The translations under genes were made by a program, and so were the position numbers. From assembly GCA_030390025.1 (NCBI GenBank), contig CM059434.1, positions 15,128,001 through 15,192,000 of the forward strand: a DNA stretch of 64,000 nucleotides, read 5' to 3'. The notes under the pieces are model-generated. The model ran no database searches and had not been told where the DNA came from. It saw only the letters and a program-made list of their open reading frames with translations. Position 1 is the first letter of the stretch, and every line of letters begins with the position of its first letter. Below, one piece after another: positions 23,883 to 35,122 of the stretch. The stretch comes from Squalus acanthias. Its lineage: Eukaryota.

Positions 23883-25867
23883 AAACACAATTACCCCGCA
23901 TGTTTGTGGCGCTAAATTTGTCATGCAAATGCACCCTTAAGAGAACAAAGGAAAGAAATGGGGAACGAAGCCACAAGCAAAATATACTTGCCATTTCTCT
24001 CCTCTGTCACTCACTGCACACCAGCAGTAACTAATAGAGATGGCTACCTCGATACACAAAGCCAGCTGCTCTGATATTTATGTGCTTTAATTACAGAAAC
24101 GCCAGCAATGGGGCAACAGTGCAACTTCTGCCAGCGCGGCCAATAGGAAATCTAGCTCTGCCTAGCAGGGTGGAAATCCTCTTCGGTGTCACAATCGACC
24201 TCCTATGGTTTGGCGAATTTGAGACGTATCTTTGGTATTCGAGAAATTCAACTGCAGCCGGCGCCATTCAAACTGCTGGACGTGATGAGCGATGACTGGG
24301 AGTGTGATTTGACCCAGCTCCACTCTTGCTCCCCTCGCTCACTATAAACAAAAGCCTTCTTCGTCAATAAAAAAAATTTCCGACCTCAGTCGTCTGGCAA
24401 AACGGGCTCAGCTCTTTGACAATTTAGTAGCGTCATTTAATATCGTACTTTACTGCTGATTCCGAGGAACTGATAACGAATGGTATGAAGCTAAAAGCAC
24501 CATGCCACAAATATTTACGGGATTCTTTGCCAGAACAATTTGATTTTCGGCTGTGCTTCAGTCACTAATTACAAGCATACATTTCCTGGCCAATATTTAT
24601 CCCTCAATCAACATCACTAAAACAGATTATCTGGTCATTATCACATTGCTGTTTGTGGGAGCTTGCTGTGCGCAAATTGGCTGCTGCGTTTCCTACATTA
24701 CGACAGTGCCAACACTTCAAAAAGTACTTCATTGGGGGTGTAAAGCGCTTTGGGACGTGAGAGGTGCGATATAAATCCAAGCCTTTCTTTTTCTTCTCCA
24801 GAGCTGCTGAGCTATGTAACAAGAATTACAGAGCGAGATATTTCAGATCAACCCCCCCCCCACCCGCAACGTGAAAGCATGTTTCGATAAATATTCAAAA
24901 TGTCCCCGAAAATGCTCGGGGACATTTACACTGGTGTTGCACTCTGGAGGTGGGACCTCTACCCTCTGATCACCTCTCCAAAATAGAAAATGTGAAAATG
25001 AAACAGGGGATGAGACTGACTTTGCAGTAGGATCTGATCTGGCGCAAGAGGATACGCAATATTATATTTTATAGCAAACCAGAAGCAATCAATCATACTA
25101 GAATAAGCCAGTGTCAGAAGCAATTGGACACAGTGGCATCCTAATGTATAATTTTATAGTTGCCCTCGATAGAGTCTGTTATGCGCAGATGCATTCTTGA
25201 AATGTCCTTATCTATCAAGATACCAGATACTATTATAACAACGATCATTACAAGAGATGTAGGAATTCCTTGTCTCTGGCATTATCCGTGCAGAAAATGA
25301 AAGGAAGTATTACAAATCATAAATTTTGTCACTTCTCTGTATATTGTTTTAAAGAAACTTTATCAGGCGCCAGGGCTGACAGTGAAAAAGGAGTCTGAAA
25401 CACATTAGGCACGAGTATTATTGTTTAATCAAGACAGATCTTTGATGGAATTCGAATTATTAAAGACTCACTGAATCTTCAGGGGGCTCTGCATAATGTT
25501 ACTAGTCAACTTGCTTTTGTATTGTGAGTTTCAGTTCAACTTGTTCTAAAAATGTAACGGCAAAGCACACAAGATCCTGAGGGGAGGCGAGGGCGGGGGC
25601 ACTCGGATCCGCAAGAACTAACTTTAAAAAGTGGTGTTTTTTACATTGTGGCAACTTCAAAGAATTGACTTCTAGTTGATTCCTAAATACTAGGCAGAAG
25701 ATGAATTACCACAAACAAGGAGGAAAGCTGAGACTGTTATGCTCTGTTACAAGTAATGTTGATTTAGTTGATAAATCGCGAGGTTTGTTTTTATTTTTGG
25801 ATTACTCTGATGGCTCAGTTAGTAGATACACCACCCCACGTGGAACTGAACCATCTCGACCAGGTTT

Positions 25868-26606
25868 TACATAGAATGTACAGCACAGACACAAGCCATT
25901 CGGCCCAACTGGTCCGTGCCGGTGTTTATGCTCACACGAGCCTCCTCCCACCCTACTTCATCTTACCCTATCAGCATATCCTTCTATTCTTTTCTCCCTC
26001 ATGTACTTATCTAGCTTCTCTTAAACGCATCTGTGCTGTTCGCCTCAATTACTCCTTGTGGTAGCGAGTTCCACATTCTAACCATTCTTTGGGTAAAGAA
26101 GTTTCTCCTGAATTCCTATTTGGATTTATTAGTGACTATCTTATAGCGATGGCCACAACAGAAAATACTGGAAACACTCAGCAGGCCAGGCAGCACCCAT
26201 GGAGAGAGAAACAGAGTTAAGGTTTCAGGTCGGAGACCCTTCCGACCTGAAACATTAACACTGTTTCTCTCTCCACAGATGCTGCCTGACCTGCTGAGTG
26301 TTTCCAGCATTTTCTGTTGTTATTTCAGATTTCCAGCATCCGCAGTATTTTGCTATTGTGTTATATTGATGGCCCCTAGTTTTGGATTTCCCCGCAAGTG
26401 GAAACATCTCTATGCCTACCCTATCAAATCCCTTCATAATTTGAAAGACCCTTTGGCCTTCTCTTCTCTAGAGAAAAGAGCCTCAGCCTGTTCAATCTTT
26501 GCCAATAATTATAACCTCTCAGTTGCGGTATCATCCTTCTAAATATTTTTTGCCCCTATACCCTTCTTGTAATATGGAGACCGGGACTGTGCACAATACT
26601 CTTAAG
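25868..26606 (-). mobile_element. CR1 3' fragment containing a Penelope fold-back
   Basis: Minus translation KGFDRVGIEMFPLAGKSKTRGH and CR1 tail at 25868-26000. Confidence 0.8.
26155..26360 (+). mobile_element. Penelope terminal-repeat fold-back (family A) with ~40 nt 3' extension
   Basis: Inverted arms 26155-26234 / 26241-26320 with loop GACCCT. Same sequence as the Penelope end at 5700-5785. 14 bp TSD TTATA(GC/TT)GATGGCC (26141-26154 / 26361-26374). Confidence 0.85.
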
Positions 26607-28974
26607 TTTAAATCCCAGTCTGTGCTGAGCTGGTTGATCTCACCTGGGGACAGTGCTAGAGGTGCTGCATTTGGCCTTAGAACTCCTGAGCCACAAAGAA
26701 CGAGAAACTCAGAAGTACTGTAGTAGAATAGTGTACAGTGGACAGTCACCAAGCAACCCAGATCTAGAAGTTGCTGTGCCAGAATCCCAGGCATGAACTT
26801 GTATCCTAGGACTGCTAGAAATGTACTGGGCCGGGACATTGGCACTGTAGTTTGTTATGGCAGGGAATGGCAGGAGATAAATTCATGCCTGGGATTCCCT
26901 GCATGATCTGGGTTGCTCGGTAAGTGTCCACTATATATTATTCTACTGCTCGAGAGTGTATTATTTCCAAAATCAAAATAGAGCAGGGAAAATGGAAAAG
27001 AATTCGGAAACACTTGACAATAGCTTCAGGGAATTATATTGGCTCCAAATGAGTGTGCTCCACGTTTTCTCCTTGCCTGATGGGAGTCTCTTAAGATGTT
27101 TGTAGCTGTGCCGTATTCAGAGGCTACTCGATGCCATCTGGGCAGAATGGCACCCCGCCAAGGAGGAGGAGGGGCACAAACAGAAATTAAAAGGTTAAAA
27201 GAGCACATCACCTCAAGGCACTGGGTGTCTCAGTAGCCAACTGAAGAGCAGTAGTCGGTGAGGTGTAGGTGGGGAGTACCTGGCTACTCCCTTGGACGAG
27301 ATGAGAGGGCACCGGACGCGAGTATCCTGCTGGATGTCAACCCAGAATTCGGAACTGGAGCTCTGGTCTCCACTTGCCAGGACTGTCTGGAGCAGGGTTC
27401 GAACCCTGCACCTTCTGACTCAGTGGCGGGAATGCTACCACTAAGCCAAAGACTGACGTCATTGCTCGTGGTGAATCAAAGGATACACTGTTTTATAAAG
27501 GCAGTAGTACTATGGCATGTAACTACTGTACAATGTATTATTCTGCTGTTGAGGTGGTACTATATGTAAGTGCTACCCTTTAAGCCAAGAAGATCTGAAT
27601 GCTCTAAATAGACAGATCCCGAGGTTAGTTAGAGAGTATTTGTTTCTTTGTAGATTGGCAGATGCTTATAAATCTCTGGCTCCCCCAAGATCAGAAAGAA
27701 ACCCAGCAGGAATTGACAGACTGTTCAAAATATTGCTCCGGATTGTTTTCCATCTGAGTGATCTCTGAACGGTAATAGTCCACAGACGATAAATAAAAAG
27801 TTTTTGCCCACTGAGTACTTTCCAGAATACTATATATTACATAATGCATTGTAACATTGCTATCATTATAAAATACATGCCCTTACGGTGAGCGACGCCA
27901 CAGGAGGGCCACTAGTAGTAAAAAGAAGAGCTCTTGCCTAATATATAGCACAGGAAGTAGGAAATAAAATAAAAATGTGATTCTGCAGCCAAGGAGAGAC
28001 TGTGTGAAAGAAAGTCAGACAAATGTCATTCTAGCAGTCTTAACAAAATAAATTTAAGCAAGTGTTTAGGTAATGTAAACCTTCTAACCAGAATTTTAAA
28101 TCTCTCTTTCACACAGTTTATCATGAGGGGCACAGATCACACCCATTGTTTATTCATTCAACTTCATTTATTATATGTTCTGTTAAGATCGGTTTAAATG
28201 AGTAGCCAATTCGAAGAGTAATCAGAAAGGATTAAACTCTCTCACTGGCATTTCCTTCCTTGATTTAACTATAATTCAAATAAATAATTTGCTAATTATT
28301 ACGTATAATTATGGATATATGGTTATTAATATTAGATAAAAGATGTTTAAGTAATTTCCAGACAGATTATTGTTGCAGGTAAAATTGCTTAGAAAAATTA
28401 AAAGTACGTGTGTGTGGTTGCATATGTTCTGTGAAGTAACAGTTAAGTAAACACTTTATAAAATGAGAGACATATTTCATAATTAACCTTCGGAGATGTT
28501 TCGTCCCTTTAACCTTTAAAATAGGCATTCCTTCACTAAATCACCTTTGTAGGAATGCCAGGAGAGTTAAGTGGTTTTGAGGTCATTAAGACAAGAGCCC
28601 AAGTGCCACAGGTCTCAAAGTGGCCATTAATATTGCTCCATAAACTCTGGGATGTGTGGCTGTTGATGTTAATTCAAGCCAAATGAGGCCTAACAACCCT
28701 CCCCAGGAGGGAGAATCCACCCTGGGCTACTACCGTTAGCGCAACACGTTCCAGGAATTTTCACATTCTTTTTTCATTCCTCCTTACTTTCGTCTTCTGA
28801 AGGTGGTGACTTCCTGCTGGGGTATGATCCCATGCCTTTTTGTTACTTCACCCAATGGGCCATTGCTTAGATGTATGCTTAGACAATGCGTACTGGTAGA
28901 CTATTCAACAGTGGAGAGAATCCATGCATATGCTTCCAGCAGGGGTCACTGGTAGCAATCAGCAGTGGAAACAT

Positions 28975-29592
28975 AAATACTGTGGCAACAAGAGCAGGTC
29001 AGAGGCTAGGTATTCTGCGGCAAGTGTCTCACCTTCTGACTCCCCAAAGCCTTTCCACCATCTACAAGGCACAAGTAAGGAATGTGATGGAATACTCTCC
29101 ACTTGCCTGGATGAGTGCAGCTCCAACAACACTCAAGAAGCTCGACACCATCCAGGACAAAGCAGCCCACTTGATTGGCACCCTATCCACCACCTTAAAC
29201 ATTCACTCCCTCCACCACCGGCGTACTGTGGCTGCAGTGTGTACCATCTACAAGATGCACTGCAGCAACTCGCCAAGGCTTCTTCGGCAGCACTTCCCAA
29301 ACCTGTGTCCTCTTCCACCTAGAAGAACATGGGCAGCAGGTGCATGGGAACACCACCACCTCCAAGTCACACACCATCCTGACTTAGAAGTATATCACCG
29401 TTCCTTCATCGTCGTTGGGTCAAAATCCTTGAACTCCCTACCTAACAGCACTGTGGGAGTACCTGCAGCACACAGACTGCAGCGGTTCAAGAAGGCAGCT
29501 CACCACCACCTTCTCAAGGGCAACTAGGGATGGGCAATAAAGGCTGGCCTTGCCAGTGACATCCACATGCCATAAACGAATTAAAAAAAAAA
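28975..29592 (+). mobile_element. Non-LTR retrotransposon 3' fragment (CR1/L2 group, a family distinct from the dominant CR1)
   Basis: RAGQRLGILR…TIYKAQVRNVMEYSPLAW…LDTIQDKA…LHHRRTVAA…SLNSLP, followed by a tail ending in poly(A). Confidence 0.85.
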
Positions 29593-31105
29593 TCCTGCTG
29601 GCTTTTACGCCCTCTAAAACTAGGGCACTGAAGATAATTTAGTACCCTTCCCAGGAGACCATGCAACTCAGCAAAGCCCAGGGACTGCATCTTTCTGGGC
29701 TGTATGGCTTTGTTGTCGACTCTTATAACCACTGGGAGAAAACTGATCAAATCAGCGCTAAATTTCCCAGTAAATTGCAGGTGTACGTGTGTGTGTCCAT
29801 GTTCGTGACCGATGCCTACGCCTTCTTACCTTAACTTTGACTGAACCCTCATCAGTCCATTTAAGGTCAATCAGCTGAATCAGACCTCCACCAATGTCCT
29901 CTTGCCTGCTCAGGATCATCCTGCCAGATTCTCTCTGGCACTTGTAAAAAGTTGATGCAACCTTTGCATGTTGCAGCCTCATGTTATGGAGCATCACTGG
30001 ACTGCAAATTTCATAATGAATGATCAAAAAAAAAAAATTCAGGGTTGCATGAGTTTGGTCTTCATTTGGTCACTATTGAAAAGCAGAAATCCAGTCTTAA
30101 CATGATTGGATCTTTGATAGGACAGTTCTCAAAATTTTACAATTGCTCTACATCAAGCCTACGTGAAGGGAGGAGTCCTGGGTCATGGCAGGTCACATAG
30201 CAGGTTGTTAAATGTGTCTGACTGGGTAAATACAGAAGGTGGAAGCAAAGATTTTTTTTTATAAAGAAATATCTCACTTCTCTCCTTTTCTGAAGGCAAT
30301 TTGGCTGGGGTCATGTTCCTTGGGGACCATCTCCCCATGGTATTTCACCAAAATCGCCACTCTTCACATATGAGCCCAGACTGAATGGGACAGTAAGCTC
30401 CTCCACCTTAGGAAGGCATCATCACCCAAGAACCGTGCAGGAGGAAAAAGTCAAGCATAGTAACAACTGCAATTTCAAAGGGAGATCTCTCTTTCCCCTC
30501 TCACTCTTTCTGCTGTGTGACAATTACCACCAGGACTGTGCAAAACGAGTAGAGGAAGGAACACTGCTGATCCATAGGCTAGCATGAATCCTGCAGCTGG
30601 ACAAAGAGGGAAATGTGCATCTTGAAATACAGTGGGAAAGCCATTTTGATTAGGAATGAAGATTGGCTGAGCGGTAGCATTCTTGCCTCGGAGTCAGAAG
30701 GTCCTGTGTTCAAGCCCACTCTAGGACTCGAGCCCATAATCTAGGCCTGACACTTCAGTGCAGTACTGGGAGGGTGCTGCACTGTCGGGGGTGCTGTCTT
30801 TCAGATGAGGCCCCATCTGCCCTCTCAGGCGGATGCAAAGGGCCTCATGTCACTATCCGAAGAGCAGCATGGGAGGTGTCCTGGCCACCATCCATCCCTC
30901 AACTACCACTACTAAAAACAGGTTATCTGGTCAATTATCTCATTGCTATTTGATGGACCTTGCTGCTGCATTTGCCTGTTTTACACTTCAAGCACTTCAT
31001 TGCCTTTTAAGTGGTGACATACCGGAGGTTGTGAAAGGTTTGTCTTGTTAATTGAAGTGAGAAGTCGCACAACACCAGGTTATAGTCCAACAGTTTTATT
31101 TGAAA

Positions 31106-31143
31106 TCACAAGCTTTCGGAGCGGCTGCTCCTTCGTCAGGTGA
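31106..31143 (-). ncRNA. Minimal type I hammerhead ribozyme motif (mirror copy)
   Basis: Exact reverse complement of the 32059-32096 motif. Confidence 0.75.
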
Positions 31144-32058
31144 AGTGAAGGAATACAAATCGGCACAGCATATATAGACAGAGAACAATGCCTGTGCAGC
31201 GTACAATGTCAGACGACTACAGTTAATCTTTCTGACTGCCTTTTATCACACCTCGGCAGAGAGACAATCAGGTCAGTCAGGAAGACATTATATCAAAGAC
31301 ATAGCAAGATACAACTAAGACAATGAGGTGGGGTCACAGGGGGTCTAATGTGTCAGATGCTGCAGTCTGTATGGAAAACCATAAACTTTAAACTTTTTAC
31401 TTTTTTTTTTACTGGAAATCAGATCTGTGAACAAGCCAACGACTCGAGTCTGGATGACTCTATGTCAGGTGGGGTTACATGTGGCGTGACATGAACCCAA
31501 GATCCCGGTTGAGGCCGTCCTCATGGGTGCGGAACTTGGCTATCAGTTTCTGCTCGATGATTTTGCGTTGTCGTGTGTCTCGAAGGCCGCCTTGGAGAAC
31601 GCTACCAAGGCGGCCTTCGAGACACACGACAACGCAAAATCATCGAGCAGAAACTGATAGCCAAGTTCCACACCCATGAGGACGGCCTCAACCGGGATCT
31701 TGGGTTCATGTCACGCTACATGTAACCCCACCTGACGTAGAGTCATCCAGACTCGAGTCGTTGTTGGCTTGTTCACAGATGTGATTTCCAGTAAAAAAAA
31801 AGTAAAAAGTTTAAAGTTTATGGTTTTCCATACAGACTGCAGCATCTGACACATTAGACCCCCTGTGACCCCACCTCATTGTCTTAGTTGTATCTTGCTA
31901 TGTCTTTGATATAATGTCTTCCTGACTGACCTGATTGTCTCTCTGCCGAGGTGTGATAAAAGGTAGTCAGAAAGATTAACTGTAGTCGTCTGACATTGTA
32001 CTCTGCACAGGCATTGTTCTCGGTCTATATATGCTGTGCCGATTTGTATTTCTTCACT

Positions 32059-32096
32059 TCACCTGACGAAGGAGCAGCCGCTCCGAAAGCTTGTGA
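32059..32096 (+). ncRNA. Minimal type I hammerhead ribozyme motif
   Basis: UCAC-CUGACGA-A-GGAGC-AGCC-GCUCC-GAAA-GCUU^GUGA: intact core, 5 bp stem II, palindromic stem III (AAGCUU) and stem I UCAC/GUGA. Confidence 0.8.
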
Positions 32097-32548
32097 TTTC
32101 AAATAAAACTGTTGGACTATAACCTGGTGTTGTGCGACTTCTCACTTTTGTCCACCCCAGTCCAACTCCGGCATCTCCGCATCATTGTTAATTGAAGGTA
32201 TAACAAACTTAGATGATCAAACACTCCTTAGAATTCAGTTGTTTGTCTGCTGAGACGATTGAAATATCAACTGCCAGAAGCAGCCAGATTGTGTTGAGTA
32301 ATGCAGGTCAAAAGGTTAGAAGTACTGTTCAATTATCTATAAAGGTCAACAACAACAGTTGCAGAACTTTCTCTTAAGCTTGATTAGCATAGTTCGTTGC
32401 TAGCTGAACATAGTTTCCAGTGGGTTTTTGGCTACAATTATAAAGAGTGTGGCTTATAGATGGATTGTACTCAATACTCTAAACAAGGTATGTAACTGAT
32501 TAATTAGTAATACTGTGGAAATGATGCATTACCTATTACTACTATAAA

Positions 32549-32943
32549 CTTTTTTCATTCATTCTTGGGATGTGGATGTCACTGGCAAGGCCAGCATTTA
32601 CTGCCCATCCCTAGAAGCCCTGAGGTGGTGGCGGGCTTTCTTCATAAACCAAAGCAGTTTGATTCCACTTGCTAGGCCACTTCAGAGAGCAATTAAGAAT
32701 CAACCACATTGTTGTGGGGCTAAAGTCACCTATAGGCCAAATCGGGCAAGGACAGCAAATTTCCTTCCCTGAAGGACATTAGTTGAACCAATTGGGTTGT
32801 AGCAATCGGACAGCTTTTAAAAAAAAAACTGAATTCACATTCTCATACTAACATGGTGGGGTTTGAATTCCCAGTCTCTGGATTATTAGTCCAGGCCTCT
32901 GGTTTACTAGTCTGGTAACACTATGCCTCTACACTACTGTACC
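32549..32943 (-). mobile_element. tRNA-derived SINE (tentatively MetaSINE-like) sharing its tail with the LINE at 28975-29592
   Basis: Tail CTAGGGATGGGCAGTAAATGCTGGCCTTGCCAGTGACATCCAC. Same family at ~45050-45390, ~49050-49225 and 62098-62492. Confidence 0.65.
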
Positions 32944-33789
32944 CATTGATGTAAGGAAGTATAGCATGTTCATTATTTTGGATGACAAGTTGTACTGATT
33001 GAAATAAGTGAATCTGATTATAACTATTGTTGCACGTTCATGTGCTATGAAATAAAACAGCTAATGATTTGCATTTAGCCTCGTCTCACCAACTATTTAC
33101 TCGGTCCACCTTCAAAGCAATTGAATCCTATATCTGAAAAGACACGTCTATCCAGTTCCTACCATAACCCAGAGCCCCCCATGGCAATGCTACCGTGCAG
33201 TTAGATATTGGGCAGTATGTGCAGGTTCCAACATGCCAAATGCTTATGGGAGAATATCTAAGGCAAGACTCAAACTCGTAACATGCCTTATGCCATCCTT
33301 ACCCGGTCTGGTGTGCAGCTTTTACAACTGGTACTTTCCTTGCAAGTCAAAATCAATGTCAAATAAGGTAAGTTTACAACTTGATAGAGGAGGGATGAGG
33401 TGTGCTGTGGGATATGCTATTGCCTAGACCCTGGCACCAGAGGGACTGCAATGGTCTTTTCTGGTCCTATGTTCCAATCAATGTTGGTCAAAGGACAAAT
33501 TTGTCCTGGTGGAAATGGTAACACCATCACCACATTGTTCAAAGAGCTCAATGTTTCAGTTGGAATACCCAGTGTCATTGTCATCGGACTCTGACCAGAC
33601 TGTAGGTTAAGCAGGGTTGTGATGATTACAGGGAGATTGTAATCTGGAGGATTCGCTGCACAATAATGACAATTTGCAGTTAGTACTCCTCACGCAACAG
33701 AAACCCCTCAGCCCGTTAAAAAGTGGAATGCCAAATTGGTCAGTGCAGAGTAGTCCCATGCACAGTCATTAATTGAAGCTGAATCTCAC

Positions 33790-34345
33790 ACGCCTGGCTG
33801 GCCTCCCACATTCTACTCTACGTAAACTTGAAGTCATCCAAAACTCGGCTGCTCGTGTCCTAACTCGCACTAAGTCCTGTTCACCCATCACCCCGGTGCT
33901 CGCTGACCTACATTGGCTCCCGGTTAAGCAACGCCACAATTTTAAAATTCGCATCCTGGTTTTCAAATCCCTCCATGGCCTCGTCCCTCCCTATCTCTAA
34001 TCTCTTTCAGCCCCACAACCTCACCCCTCCAACCCCACAAGAGATATCTGCGCTCCTCTAATTCTGCTCTCGAGCATCCCCGATTTTAATCGCTCAACCA
34101 TTGGTGCCCTCATCTTCAGCTGCCTAGGTCCTAAGTGCTGGAATTCACTCCCTAAACCTCTCCACCTCTCTTTCCTCCTTTAAGACGCTCCTGAAACTTA
34201 GATATTTGACCAAGCTTTTGGTCATCTGCCCTAATTTCTCTTTGTGGCTTGATGTCAAATTTTTTTTTGTCATATAATACTTCTGTGAAGCGCCTTGGGA
34301 CGTTTTACAACGTTAAAAGCGCTATATAAATACAAGTTGTTGTTG
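33790..34345 (+). mobile_element. L2 LINE 3' fragment
   Basis: LAGLPHSTLRKLEVIQNSAARVL…ITPVLADLHWLPVKQR and tail GCGCTATATAAATACAAG(TTG)n. Confidence 0.9.
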
Positions 34346-35116
34346 AAATCTGCATTGGGCAGCTTTGTAGTAATAGCTTTTCAGCAAATCTGATAGTCGC
34401 ATCAAACCCTTGTTGATGTTATTATAAGCTTCACACCTCTAGATGTCAGAAGGGTGTCAGTCCCATGAAAGCATTCATTGATGATATTCAGCATAACCTT
34501 TGAAAGGGAGAGCCAGCATTGATTTAGAGGGAGAGGACAAGCTGATCAGAAGCAAATCAATGTGGACTCTGATGGCAGAAGGCTCCATTAGTTGTTGCCC
34601 AAAGCAAGAATGGTGTCAAAAAATTGGCAAGTCTCTTTAAAACAAAAAAAAAAAAATCTACAAAACCTGGACAGTACATGAATATTACTACCAAATATCA
34701 TCATGTTTATTCAGGACCAAACTTTCTTGAATATGACTGCTGCCGACAACAGGAGGGGAGAAAAGCAAGAACATGACCAGAATGAAGTCCTGATCGACAG
34801 CGGAGTGCAGAGGGGTCATTTCAAAATTGAGGATTTAAATCCTTAAAGGGACAATGGCTTCCCCCTGCCGAGATGGTGGATAATCCTATTTGTATGTGGA
34901 GATAGATACGCAGAGAGGGATAGACATTGAGGTTAAACGGGAGGTATAACTGGAGAATGAGAGTCGAGATGTTATCGCATGTATCCCATCGAGAGAGCAG
35001 AGTGAATACAAAGTGATGCATTGAAATCAGTGCTACACAGTAGTTGCGTATGTGTGAGGTGCTCCGATACAGAAAAAGATAAAGGACATCTTAGATTAAA
35101 AACCCTAAAACTGAAC

Positions 35117-35122
35117 TTTATT
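35117..35122 (-). promoter_or_regulatory. Candidate distal polyadenylation signal (AATAAA) for ANO1
   Basis: TTTATT on plus equals AATAAA on minus, with a U/GU-rich tract 25-55 nt downstream on minus, near the end of the TE-poor block. Other AATAAA candidates near 35690, 38074 and 39167. Confidence 0.35.

Larger units (their letters stand above)
31055..32184 (+). mobile_element. Penelope-derived ~1.1 kb fold-back element (family B)
   Basis: Arms 31055-31595 / 31605-32147 with a 9 nt loop and a 37 nt unpaired 3' extension. Encodes the GIY-YIG C-terminus QGGLRDTRQRKIIEQKLIAKFHTHEDGLNRDLGFMSRYM*. 13 bp TSD TTGTTAATTGAAG (31045-31057 / 32185-32197). Confidence 0.92.

Noticed and set aside
31055-32147. 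Reading the long inverted repeat as DNA-transposon TIRs or an assembly artefact
   Set aside because: The arms encode a Penelope GIY-YIG C-terminus, differ at several positions, and have an asymmetric tail and a 13 bp TSD. The same architecture recurs at 26155 and 50408.
1-34000. FADD, the usual downstream neighbour of ANO1
   Set aside because: No death-effector or death-domain-like ORF seen on either strand.
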